Shown: positions 8,236 through 16,861 of the stretch, piece by piece
Layout of the letters: each line of letters starts with the position of its first letter
Numbering within the stretch: the stretch's first letter is position 1
Origin: Alphaproteobacteria bacterium
GTDB lineage: Bacteria; Pseudomonadota; Alphaproteobacteria; Rickettsiales; UBA8987
Length of the DNA: 30,594 nt
NCBI GenBank assembly: GCA_023269645.1
Contig: JAHFPR010000002.1
Coordinates: 1-30,594 of the forward strand
Direction of reading: 5' to 3'
The notes under the pieces: model-generated
The model's database searches: none
What the model was told of the DNA's origin: nothing
Seen by the model: only the letters and a program-made list of their open reading frames with translations
Program-made: the position numbers and the translations under genes

Positions 8236-10572
8236 ATGTTATCGCACAATCTCGAACAAAGCCTCCGCCGCGCACTTTTGCTGGCCAAGGAACGCCGCCA
8301 CGAATATGCGACGCTGGAGCATCTGCTGCTCGCGCTCACGGAAGACCCGGATGCAGCACTGACACTGGGCGGCTGCGGCGTGGATATGGATTCCCTGCGC
8401 GAAAGCCTCAACCTGTTCATTGATGAAGATCTCGCGGCACTGGCACTCGACGAGATGACCGAGGCCAAGCCCACCGCCGGGTTCCAGCGCGTGGTGCATC
8501 GCGCGGCGGTGAATGCGCACGCCACCGGCAAAAGCGAAGTCACCGGCGCGCACGTGCTCGCAGAAATGTTCGTGGAGCAGGAATCGCACGCCGTCTATTT
8601 CCTGCACGGCGAAAACATCACCTGCCTGGACGTGCTGAACTACCTCGCGCACGGGCACGGCATCGCGCCGTACCGGGAATCTTCCCCCGCGCCTGCATCC
8701 GAAATGCCCCTGCCGCTGGGGATGCCGGAAATGGAGGAGGAAACCGCCCGCCCGCGTGGCGGGGAACCGAAAGAGCCGAAAATTGACATCGCCGAGGCAC
8801 TGCAGAATTATTGCGTCAACCTCAACACCCGCGTGCAGGAAGGCCACATTGACAAGCTCATCGGGCGCGACAGCGAACTGGAACGCACCATTGAAATCCT
8901 CTCCCGCCGCACGAAAAACAATCCGCTGCTGGTGGGCGAGCCGGGTGTCGGCAAAACCGCCATCATTGAAGGGCTGGCCATGCGCATCGTGCAGGGCGAC
9001 GTGCCGGAACCGCTGAAGAACGCCATCATCTTTTCGCTGGATATGGGATCACTGCTGGCAGGAACGCGCTATCGCGGTGATTTTGAGGAGCGGCTGAAGG
9101 CCGTCATCAAAGGCATTGAGAAACTGCCATATGCCGTTCTGTTCATTGATGAAATCCATACTATTATCGGCGCGGGTTCCACCACCGGCGGCTCACTTGA
9201 TGCCAGCAACCTGCTGAAACCGGCACTCGCGCGGGGCAGCCTCCGCTGCGTCGGCGCGACAACCTACACCGAATACCGCAACCATCTGGAGAAGGAGCGC
9301 GCGCTCGCCCGCCGTTTCCAGAAAGTAGACGTGGACGAGCCTTCCGTGGAAGATGCCATCAAAATCCTGAAAGGCGTGAAGCCCTATTACGAAGCCCACC
9401 ATAATGTGCGCTATACGGCGGGCGCAGTGAAAGCCGCCGTGATGCTCTCCACACGCTATATCCACGATAAAAAACTGCCCGACAAGGCCATTGACGTGCT
9501 GGATGAAGCGGGCGCGCACCAGATGCTCCAGCCCAGGGCGAAGCGCAAGAAAACCATCGGCGAGAAGGACATTGAGAAAATCGTGGCAAAAATCGCGCGT
9601 GTGCCCACCCACTCGGTTTCCACGGATGATACCTTCATGCTGCGCAACATCGAACCCGAACTTAAAACCGTGGTGTTCGGGCAGGACGAAGCCATTGAAT
9701 CCGTTTCCAATTCCATCAAGCTCTCCCGCGCGGGCTTACGCAAAGTCGGCAAGCCCGTGGGCTGCTATCTTTTCACCGGACCCACCGGCGTGGGGAAAAC
9801 CGAACTCGCCAACCAGCTCGCCCACGCGATGACGATGAAGCTCCAGCGTTTCGATATGTCGGAATATACCGAGCAGCATTCCGTGGCGCGGCTTATCGGC
9901 ACACCGCCTGGCTATGTGGGTTTCGAGCAGGGCGGTCTGCTGACAGACTCCGTTTCGCGCATCCCCCATTCCGTGGTGCTTCTGGATGAAATCGAGAAGG
10001 CGCATCCGGACATTTACAACCTCCTGCTCCAGATTATGGATTACGGGAAACTTACTGATAATAATGGAAAAATGGTGGATTTCAGCAACGTCATCCTCAT
10101 CATGACCAGCAACGTGGGCGCATCGGAATCCGAGAAAACCCCGATCGGCTTCGGGCGCAGCGCAGGCATGGAAGACCGCGATCACGCCACGAAGGAAGCC
10201 GTGAAGCGCGTCTTCACCCCGGAATTCCGCAATCGGCTGGATGCCGTAGTGCGCTTCAAGCCGCTCACGCCGGAACTGATGATCAAGGTGGTGGATAAAT
10301 TCATCGGGCTGCTGAAGGAGCAGCTCGCCGACAAGGGTGTGCATATCGAAATCGGCCCACGCTCCCGCAACTACCTCGCGGAAAAAGGCTTCGACGCGCA
10401 GAACGGCGCACGCCCGCTGGAGCGGTTGATCGAAAATAAAATCAAAAAACCGCTCGCCGAGGAAATACTCTTTGGCAAACTCAAGAAAGGTGGTAAGGTG
10501 GTGGTGAGCTTCGATAATGCGGGCTTGCGGTTTACCTTCGCCCCGCTGAAAGAGCAGGAGCTCACCTATTAA
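8236..10572 (+). CDS. clpA: ATP-dependent Clp protease ATP-binding subunit ClpA
   Basis: Clp N-domain ([15 protein letters not shown]), two AAA+ modules ([16 protein letters not shown]), no ClpB coiled-coil middle domain, IGF loop (TPIGFGR), 778 aa. Confidence 0.95.
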   Translation: MLSHNLEQSLRRALLLAKERRHEYATLEHLLLALTEDPDAALTLGGCGVDMDSLRESLNLFIDEDLAALALDEMTEAKPTAGFQRVVHRAAVNAHATGKSEVTGAHVLAEMFVEQESHAVYFLHGENITCLDVLNYLAHGHGIAPYRESSPAPASEMPLPLGMPEMEEETARPRGGEPKEPKIDIAEALQNYCVNLNTRVQEGHIDKLIGRDSELERTIEILSRRTKNNPLLVGEPGVGKTAIIEGLAMRIVQGDVPEPLKNAIIFSLDMGSLLAGTRYRGDFEERLKAVIKGIEKLPYAVLFIDEIHTIIGAGSTTGGSLDASNLLKPALARGSLRCVGATTYTEYRNHLEKERALARRFQKVDVDEPSVEDAIKILKGVKPYYEAHHNVRYTAGAVKAAVMLSTRYIHDKKLPDKAIDVLDEAGAHQMLQPRAKRKKTIGEKDIEKIVAKIARVPTHSVSTDDTFMLRNIEPELKTVVFGQDEAIESVSNSIKLSRAGLRKVGKPVGCYLFTGPTGVGKTELANQLAHAMTMKLQRFDMSEYTEQHSVARLIGTPPGYVGFEQGGLLTDSVSRIPHSVVLLDEIEKAHPDIYNLLLQIMDYGKLTDNNGKMVDFSNVILIMTSNVGASESEKTPIGFGRSAGMEDRDHATKEAVKRVFTPEFRNRLDAVVRFKPLTPELMIKVVDKFIGLLKEQLADKGVHIEIGPRSRNYLAEKGFDAQNGARPLERLIENKIKKPLAEEILFGKLKKGGKVVVSFDNAGLRFTFAPLKEQELTY

Positions 10573-10587
10573 GGCATATGCTACTGG

Positions 10588-12006
10588 ATGAAACTCACCA
10601 CCCTTTTCTTCACCGTCATCTTTATTGAAGGTTATGTCGTTCTCGCCACGGAATTGCTGGCTATCCGCCAGCTTATCCCCTTTGTTGGCAGCGGAACGGA
10701 AACCATCGCCATCGTCATCGCCGCCGTATTACTGCCGCTGGCGATAGGGTATTTTGTCGGCGGGCGCTATAAGCCCAGGATGGTACGGGGCACACAGGTC
10801 ACCGTGCGGGAAAAACTTATCCGCAACCTCATCAACGCCTCGCTGATCCTCACCTTCGGCCTTTCTTACCTCATTCTTGAACTTTTCTTCAGCCTCCTCT
10901 CCGGTGCAGGCATTACGCACCGAGTGGCGCAGGCAGCCATTTATTCCCTGCTTTTCCTGGTATACCCTGTATTCCTGCTGGGGCAGACCGTTCCGCTCGT
11001 CAGCAATTACTTCTCGCGCCATAAACTTTCGGAAGCCACTGGCAAGATGCTCTTCGCCTCCACCGTGGGATCCTTCTGCGGTTCCATCATATCCACACTC
11101 ATATTGATGACCACGATCGGTGTCCACAACACAGTGATTGTGAATATCGGGTTCCTGGTCGCGGTGGTTTTTCTGCTGAGCAAGCACATCGTCGGCGTAA
11201 ACAATATACTGATGCTCTGTGTGCTTGGGGTGGCTGCAGTGCTTAATAACGGCACAAGCCTCTCACGTACCATGCATATGATCGGGGATAATAATTATAA
11301 TACCATCATGGTCACGGAAAAAGACAACGCCCGCACATTGATTCTCAACAGAAGCAGCTCGGCGAAATACACTGAAAAAATGGAGGAGAGACATCCTCAC
11401 CTGCAATATATCGAAAATAACTTCATCAAACCCATAGCAGGCGCATCGCCCCCTAAATCCATACTGGTTATCGGAGCGGGCGGCTTCATGCTGGGGCTGG
11501 AAGACACGACCAATGATTATACGTTCGTAGATATAGACAAAACCCTCAAAGCCGTAGCTGAAGATCATTTCCTGAAGCGGAAACTCGGAGCCAACAAGCA
11601 TTTTGTCCCCGAACCAGGGGAAGTGTTCCTGCTCCACAACACACGGAAATACGACCTCATTTTCCTGGATGCATATACCAATATGCACGCCCTGCCCCCG
11701 CAGCTTATTACGGAAGAATTTTTTACCCATGTGAAGAACGCGCTGGCTACGGATGGCATATTCCTCGCCAATGTCATCTCCAGCCCCAATTTCAGTACGC
11801 GCTTCAGCTACAAGATTGATAATACGCTAGAATCCGTGTTCCCCCACATTTCCCGCCAGATCATCCCCTATGAAGGCTCTTTCAATGCATGGAATAATAG
11901 CTCAAGTGCCAAGAATGCCGTGAACCTTATTTATAGCTACTTTCATAAAAAACAGACAGATGGGATATATACCATTGATAAGAATAATTATTTCCTCGAT
12001 CATTAG
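10588..12006 (+). CDS. Membrane-anchored spermidine-synthase-like SAM-dependent enzyme (fused membrane domain/spermidine synthase type)
   Basis: About 7 hydrophobic segments in the N-terminal half with ASTVGSFCG; Rossmann-type motifs ILVIGAGG, VDID and DLIFLDAY in the C-terminal half. Confidence 0.75.
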   Translation: MKLTTLFFTVIFIEGYVVLATELLAIRQLIPFVGSGTETIAIVIAAVLLPLAIGYFVGGRYKPRMVRGTQVTVREKLIRNLINASLILTFGLSYLILELFFSLLSGAGITHRVAQAAIYSLLFLVYPVFLLGQTVPLVSNYFSRHKLSEATGKMLFASTVGSFCGSIISTLILMTTIGVHNTVIVNIGFLVAVVFLLSKHIVGVNNILMLCVLGVAAVLNNGTSLSRTMHMIGDNNYNTIMVTEKDNARTLILNRSSSAKYTEKMEERHPHLQYIENNFIKPIAGASPPKSILVIGAGGFMLGLEDTTNDYTFVDIDKTLKAVAEDHFLKRKLGANKHFVPEPGEVFLLHNTRKYDLIFLDAYTNMHALPPQLITEEFFTHVKNALATDGIFLANVISSPNFSTRFSYKIDNTLESVFPHISRQIIPYEGSFNAWNNSSSAKNAVNLIYSYFHKKQTDGIYTIDKNNYFLDH

Positions 12007-12064
12007 TCATCTTTACCATGCGTTTTGCAGCAAAAAACGCCCCGTTTCAAATTATTTATGCACT

Positions 12065-12098
12065 TTGTCACGAAACTGTAACAAAGCACCTGTAGTGT
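12065..12098 (+). promoter_or_regulatory. Pho-box-like (OmpR/PhoB-family) direct repeat plus -10 element upstream of virB2
   Basis: TTGTCAC-GAAA-CTGTAAC (11-bp repeat, 14/18 to CTGTCATAAAACTGTCAC), then exactly 10 nt, then TAGTGT. Confidence 0.55.
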
Positions 12099-12156
12099 GT
12101 GAGGTGGAAGTAATCCATATTACTAAAACCTAACCTTAAACTTTGGAGAGTTCATT

Positions 12157-12486
12157 ATGATTAAAACTTTTTCTTCTAAGCGTTATGCGCTGGTTGCCGC
12201 TCTGGCAGCACTGGTAGTAATGCTTCCGGACATGGCCGCTGCATCTGCAACCGCTGGTCTCGAAAACGGCGTGTGCACCATCGTTAACCTGCTGACCGGC
12301 AAAATCGGTCGTACGATTGCCACCGTCGGTATCATCTTCCTCGGCATCGGTGCTTTCTTCGGCAAGGTGAACTGGGGTCTGGCGATCATCGTATCGATCG
12401 GCGTAATGGGCATCTTCGGTGCGGCAGCTATTGCCAGCCAGCTCGGTTCTTCGGTCGGCAGCTCTGGCGACACCTGCAGCGTGTAA
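12157..12486 (+). CDS. virB2: TrbC/VirB2-family type IV secretion system pilin (orphan)
   Basis: Signal peptide, then C-x-I-x-x-LLTGKIGRTIATVGIIFLGIGAFFGKVNWGLAIIVSIG...IFGA with two hydrophobic helices; GGAGAG SD. Confidence 0.88.
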   Translation: MIKTFSSKRYALVAALAALVVMLPDMAAASATAGLENGVCTIVNLLTGKIGRTIATVGIIFLGIGAFFGKVNWGLAIIVSIGVMGIFGAAAIASQLGSSVGSSGDTCSV

Positions 12487-12500
12487 TAAGTCAAACTACC

Positions 12501-12557
12501 GCAGGCGCAAGCCTGCAACGGGGAGAGGCCGCTTGCAAAAGCGGCCTCTTTCTTTTT
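12501..12557 (+). terminator. GNRA hairpin plus intrinsic terminator after virB2
   Basis: GCAGGC-GCAA-GCCTGC (12501-12516), then a 9-bp stem AGAGGCCGC/GCGGCCTCT (12524-12549) followed by TTCTTTTT. Confidence 0.85.
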
Positions 12558-12605
12558 GCGCAGAATGGCAGAATACGGGATATTCGACAGAGGGCTGCGC
12601 GCCCA

Positions 12606-12634
12606 TTGCATCCCCATCAACCTGCGTTTATAGT
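12606..12634 (+). promoter_or_regulatory. Putative sigma70 promoter of bolA (leaderless geometry)
   Basis: TTGCAT-N17-TATAGT, 6 nt before ATG 12641. Confidence 0.65.
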
Positions 12635-12640
12635 GCATCC

Positions 12641-12865
12641 ATGCCGATTACGCGGACAGAACTTGAATCCCTGCTGTGCGGAAGTTTTCCGGAAGCACGT
12701 GTAACGCTGGAAGACCTTGCCGGTGATAACGATCACTGGTCGGTGACGATTGCGTCGCCGTTGTTCCAGGGAAAATCGCGCCTTGAGCAGCACCGCATGG
12801 TGCAGGAAGCGGTGAACGGCAGAAATATTCACGCGCTGGCAATAAAAACTGTTTCCCTCACATAA
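12641..12865 (+). CDS. bolA: BolA/IbaG family protein
   Basis: DLAGDNDHW, FQGKSRLEQHRMV and IHALAIKT motifs; adjacent to grxD. Start moved from the track's 12419 to ATG 12641. Confidence 0.9.
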   Translation: MPITRTELESLLCGSFPEARVTLEDLAGDNDHWSVTIASPLFQGKSRLEQHRMVQEAVNGRNIHALAIKTVSLT

Positions 12866-12903
12866 TTTACCGCTACAAAACCTGAAAACCCATGAGGCAT
12901 CAT

Positions 12904-13242
12904 ATGACCGCAGAACCCCAGGCCTTCACCGCAATCCGTAATGCCATCACCGGCAATGATGCCGTGCTCTTCATGAAGGGCACACGGGATTTTCCGCAAT
13001 GCGGGTTTTCCGCCACAGTGGTACAGGTGCTGAACCAGCTCCACGTGCCGTTCAAGGATGTGAACGTGCTGGCCGATGCGGAACTGCGGGAGGCCATCAA
13101 GCAATTTTCCAACTGGCCGACCATTCCGCAACTTTACCTTAAAGGCGAGTTTATCGGTGGGTGCGACATCGTGCGCGAGATGTACCAGTCCGGGGAATTG
13201 CAGACCCTCCTCACGGAAAAGGGCATCGCGGCGGCGGCATAA
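12904..13242 (+). CDS. grxD: Monothiol glutaredoxin Grx4
   Basis: [20 protein letters not shown] and GGCDI motifs; GAGG upstream of ATG 12904. Confidence 0.95.
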   Translation: MTAEPQAFTAIRNAITGNDAVLFMKGTRDFPQCGFSATVVQVLNQLHVPFKDVNVLADAELREAIKQFSNWPTIPQLYLKGEFIGGCDIVREMYQSGELQTLLTEKGIAAAA

Positions 13243-13871
13243 TGGGCGTTATTTTATCCAACAACGCCATCCGTGTCGGGCTGCTGGGCGGCTCGTTCAA
13301 CCCTGCGCATGAGGGACATCTGCATATCAGCCTGGAGGCACTGCGGCGGCTGGGGTTGCATCAGGTGTGGTGGCTGGTAACGCCGCAAAATCCGCTGAAA
13401 CCGCCAGAAACGCTTGCTCCGCTTGAACAGCGCGTGGAAAGTGCCCGCCGCATCGCCCACGGACACACGCGGATTATCGTCACCGATATGGAACGCGCGC
13501 TCGGAACCATCTACACTTGCGATACCCTCGAAATCCTGCAGCAGCGTTGCCCGCGCACCCGCTTTGTGTGGCTGATGGGCGCGGATAACCTGATCCAGTT
13601 CCACCGCTGGCATCGCTGGCAGGAGATTTTCCGGCGGATTCCTGTTGCAATTTTCGACCGCAGCCCGTTTACTTACGAAGCACTGGTCAGCGAAGCGGTA
13701 ATGCGTTTCGGGCAATTCCGGGTGAACCAGCGGCGCGGCCTGAACCTGCCGCTGATGGATGCGCCCGCGTGGAGTTATATGCACATTATCCCCAACCTGG
13801 CTTCCTCCACGCTGCTGCGCGAGGAAACCGATTGGTTGAAACCAGAGAAACCACATCGCAAGAAAAAATAA
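13242..13871 (+). CDS. nadD: Nicotinate-nucleotide adenylyltransferase
   Basis: GGSFNPAHEGH (HxGH), PQNPLK, WLMGADNL and SST motifs; TAATG stop/start overlap with grxD. Confidence 0.92.
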   Translation: MGVILSNNAIRVGLLGGSFNPAHEGHLHISLEALRRLGLHQVWWLVTPQNPLKPPETLAPLEQRVESARRIAHGHTRIIVTDMERALGTIYTCDTLEILQQRCPRTRFVWLMGADNLIQFHRWHRWQEIFRRIPVAIFDRSPFTYEALVSEAVMRFGQFRVNQRRGLNLPLMDAPAWSYMHIIPNLASSTLLREETDWLKPEKPHRKKK

Positions 13872-13884
13872 CCAAGGAACCGCC

Positions 13885-14130
13885 ATGCATTTCAGCCCAA
13901 GCCAGAATGAGAAAATCATCCTCCACGCGCTCCAGCACGGCAACGCCACGGATGAATCCGCCTCCATGAATGCCGCCGAGCTGCGCGAACGCTGCGCCGC
14001 CGCCGGGCTTGCCAACCACAGCGCATTCGAGTTCGCCGTGATGAACCTGATTGACCACGACCTCATAGAATATGAAATGGACGACGATCTGCAGGCCTCA
14101 CAGTTCTGGCTGCTGGATTCCGGTATGTAG
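13885..14130 (+). CDS. Small hypothetical protein, possibly winged-helix
   Basis: AAGGA SD and co-oriented 13 nt after nadD; the pattern KIILHAL...AAELRE...AVMNLIDHDLIEY resembles a winged HTH. Confidence 0.6.
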   Translation: MHFSPSQNEKIILHALQHGNATDESASMNAAELRERCAAAGLANHSAFEFAVMNLIDHDLIEYEMDDDLQASQFWLLDSGM

Positions 14131-14145
14131 ATTATCCCACTTTCC

Positions 14146-14178
14146 TTAACGCTCTATTAACCATTCCCGTGCTAGACT
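14146..14178 (+). promoter_or_regulatory. Full CtrA-type binding site plus extended -10
   Basis: TTAA-CGCTCTA-TTAAC(CAT) at 14146-14164 is an exact TTAA-N7-TTAAC; TGcTAGACT at 14170-14178. Confidence 0.7.
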
Positions 14179-14211
14179 TGCGGCATTGTAACTCCGCACG
14201 GAAAAATATGT

Positions 14212-15631
14212 ATGGCGCAAGAGCCTTTCGATGAACTGCTGCAGGCCGTGGAAAGCGGTGATCTTGCCGTGCTCGATACTACGCTCGAACGCCTCGGACG
14301 GTTTGAATATAGCGACAATCCCGACAGATCTGCAAAGCATACCAATGCGCATTGGGCCATTCGCACGGCCATTGAAGCGGATCGCGTCGATATGCTGGAT
14401 AGCCTGCTGGCGCATACGGACGGCATCGAACTTTCCTCTGTCCTGCAAAGGGCGGGCTGCAGTGACAGATATCCCCTTCGCCCGGAAATGATCGAACATC
14501 TTATTGATTCGGAATATTTCGCCGATTTCGTGCGCGATGCAGGATCACGCTATTATCCCCATGATCTGGCATCGCGCCCTGAAGATGTTTCCGGCCTTCT
14601 TGAAAAAATGCTGGAAAAAGCCAATGACACAGCGGGCGATGATCCACAGCGGCAGGCTTCCCTCCAGGGGAAAAACAACCATGCGCTAGACGGCGCAGCC
14701 CATCACGGTCACGCAAACAATCTGGCCACGCTGATACCGCACGCGGATGAAGAAGCCCTGGCGGAAAATCTGGTGAGCCTCGCGAAATCGGGCTGGAATC
14801 AGCTGGATAAAGACGCCCGTACCATGCCGCAGAAAGTCGCAATGCTGCTCGATAGCGTCACCGATCCGGAGGCACATAAGAAAGCACTGCTGGGTGCTTC
14901 CGAACGCGGACTTTCCACAGTAGTGGAGGTGCTGTTCGAGCGCATGGAAGATCAAGCCCTGCGCAACAAGGCATTGCTCACCGCCGCCAGCCATCTGGAA
15001 GGCGACAGCAGAGTGAAAGACATGGCCACCCCGAACGTCAAAACCATGCTCAGGGAAGCGCAATGGAGCGACGAAACGCTTCTCGCCGCCCTCGAAAAAT
15101 CCATTGATGTGGGCCGGGTGGAAACCATGAGCGACCTTGCGGCGGCTGCCAGAGCGCAGGACAGCGGCGAGCGGCGCATCATCAACACGCCCACGTCGGA
15201 TGATTCCACGCTGCTGATTCACGCCGCGAAATATCCCGGCCCCAAGAAAGCGCTCGCGATGGCAAGCCTGCTGGCGAAAGAAGGTGCTTCCCCCAAAATG
15301 GATAGCCACGGAGAGAACCCCATTGATATTCTCACCGAACGCAAGCACGGGGAGCATCAGGTCGTGCGGCATCTGGAATCCATGCTGGGAAACCGAACGG
15401 AAGGCCGCGCAGGCCGCCACAGTGGAAACGGCGCGGCTCCACGCGATGGCGAACGGCCTCCGCGAAATAACGGCGGCACTTCAGGGTGCAGGCCTGGAGG
15501 GGGACACCTTAGCCACCGTGCTGGTCGCCATGCTCCAGCCCAAGCAACTGGAGGCCGCATCTTCGGATGTGCATCCCAAACAGTTGGCAGAATCAAGCGC
15601 AGCCCCGGAACACGGCAAACGCCGGAAATAA
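14212..15631 (+). CDS. Degenerate ankyrin-repeat-like protein with an apparent +1 frameshift at 15387-15389 (472 aa if corrected)
   Basis: Repeated A-x-x-x-G-x-x-x-x-V/L-x-x-L helical motifs (HALDGAAHHGH, KALLGASERGL, TLLIHAAKY, GENPIDIL). After 15387 the 0 frame becomes G/R/P-rich while the +1 frame (ETERKAAQAA...GKRRK, stop 15631) reads as protein. Confidence 0.65.
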
Positions 15632-15722
15632 TCCGGCCTGTTTTCCTCCCCCGCAATTCCCATTGACGAAGCCGCCATCCCGCGCCATAACTCCGCCGTA
15701 CACGGAGAATGGAATATATTAT

Positions 15723-16454
15723 ATGCTTGATCTTCCCCCGCCGCAGGCACTGCTGTTCGATTGGCAGAACACGCTCGCATCCACGATGGACGCACTCTAT
15801 AACGCGGTAGACGATACGCTTACCCTGCTCAAGCCGCAACACGGGCTGGCCGATAACGAACTTGGCCGCTATGTGAAGCGTCATCACCGCCTGCCGAAGG
15901 AAGTGCGCGCGGAGAAGAAAATGTCGCGCACAGATCTTTTCCGCATGATTTTTGTGGATGAGAACGCGCGCGAGGCAACAAGCGACACGTTCAACGAATG
16001 CTACCGCAACCATTTCAAGGATGTCCACGCGCTCGACGACGCCATCGAGCCGATGCTGAAGAATTTTCGGAAACGCGGGATAAAACTCGGTATCGTTTCC
16101 AACCGCGCGCGGGCGTTCATCAACCACGAACTCGCCGCGATGGGGTGGGATAAATTGTTCGATACCGTCATCGCCGCCGGGGACGGCTGCCCGAAAAAAC
16201 CCTCACCCGAACCAATGCTGATCGCGTTGCGCCACCTCGGCATGAAGCCCGGCAGGCACATCTGGTTCATGGGCGACGGCAAAAGCGACATCCAGTGTGG
16301 CTGCGCTGCCGGAGTCGCCACGGTGTTCTATAACTTCGCAGGCTGGACGATGCAGGAGCTGAACGAAATGTTCCCCGTCGCCTCTGAAGTGCGCCCCGAC
16401 CGCATCGTGCAGGATTTCGAGGAGTTCCAGGAACTGGTGGACGGGCTGCGGTAG
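15723..16454 (+). CDS. HAD-superfamily hydrolase (phosphoglycolate-phosphatase-like)
   Basis: Motif I LLFDWQNT, motif II VSN, motif III KKPSPE, motif IV GDGKSD. ATG 15723 with GGAG upstream is preferred over the track's GTG 15567. Confidence 0.85.
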   Translation: MLDLPPPQALLFDWQNTLASTMDALYNAVDDTLTLLKPQHGLADNELGRYVKRHHRLPKEVRAEKKMSRTDLFRMIFVDENAREATSDTFNECYRNHFKDVHALDDAIEPMLKNFRKRGIKLGIVSNRARAFINHELAAMGWDKLFDTVIAAGDGCPKKPSPEPMLIALRHLGMKPGRHIWFMGDGKSDIQCGCAAGVATVFYNFAGWTMQELNEMFPVASEVRPDRIVQDFEEFQELVDGLR

Positions 16455-16639
16455 TTTCGTGATAAAAGAATACCGTCCTGCGAAGGCAGAGGCGGGAGGG
16501 CGTAAAAAATCAAATCAGGAATTCTCCGGTAATGCACTGGAATCCAACCATGATTCCTGCATCAAAAATAGTTGCTCTCCGCATTCCGCGCCTGTCCGCC
16601 TGTCAACAGGGTTTTTTGAAAAAAACTGCATAAAAACTG

Positions 16640-16667
16640 TTTACGCTGGAATCAATTTGCGTAAAGT
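16640..16667 (+). promoter_or_regulatory. Candidate promoter of the rhodanese-dnaA operon with an internal GANTC
   Basis: TTTACG-N16-TAAAGT with GAATC at 16649-16653 in the spacer; TTTACGC/GCGTAAA inverted repeat (16640-16665). Confidence 0.4.
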
Positions 16668-16861
16668 TGTCTTCCCTGCCAGATCAGGGTGGCCTGTTTC
16701 AATCAAGGTTACGTTTCACGGGAGAGATGCCGCCGCATCAACCAGTAGGTCGCAAACTGGTGAAGGTTGTGTGCACCCTGCCGTAATAACGGGTTGGTAC
16801 ATAATGGGTTAGGCATATAGTTGGGTAGGCATACACGGGGTTAGAGGGAGAGAGTACCACA

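Noticed and set aside
12419-12640. N-terminal extension of BolA given by the ORF track (similarly dsbD 3262, HAD 15567, dnaA 17269)
   Set aside because: The extensions cross terminators, promoters or upstream genes; downstream starts have better promoter or SD support.
15387-15470. Programmed -1 frameshift at G GGA AAC
   Set aside because: The heptamer is a canonical slippery sequence in frame, but the -1 frame stops after 27 codons. The protein-like continuation is in the +1 frame, so an extra G explains the data better.
16578-16606. Antisense promoter from a perfect TTGACA on the minus strand
   Set aside because: There is no acceptable -10 at 16-18 nt and no gene downstream on that strand.
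16735-16770. c-di-GMP-I riboswitch suggested by GTCGCAAAC
   Set aside because: The upstream GGCAAAC/GNRA P1-P2 elements are missing.
16455-16861. oriC upstream of dnaA
   Set aside because: No TTATCCACA-type DnaA boxes or clear unwinding element were found; near-matches in the window lie inside coding regions.
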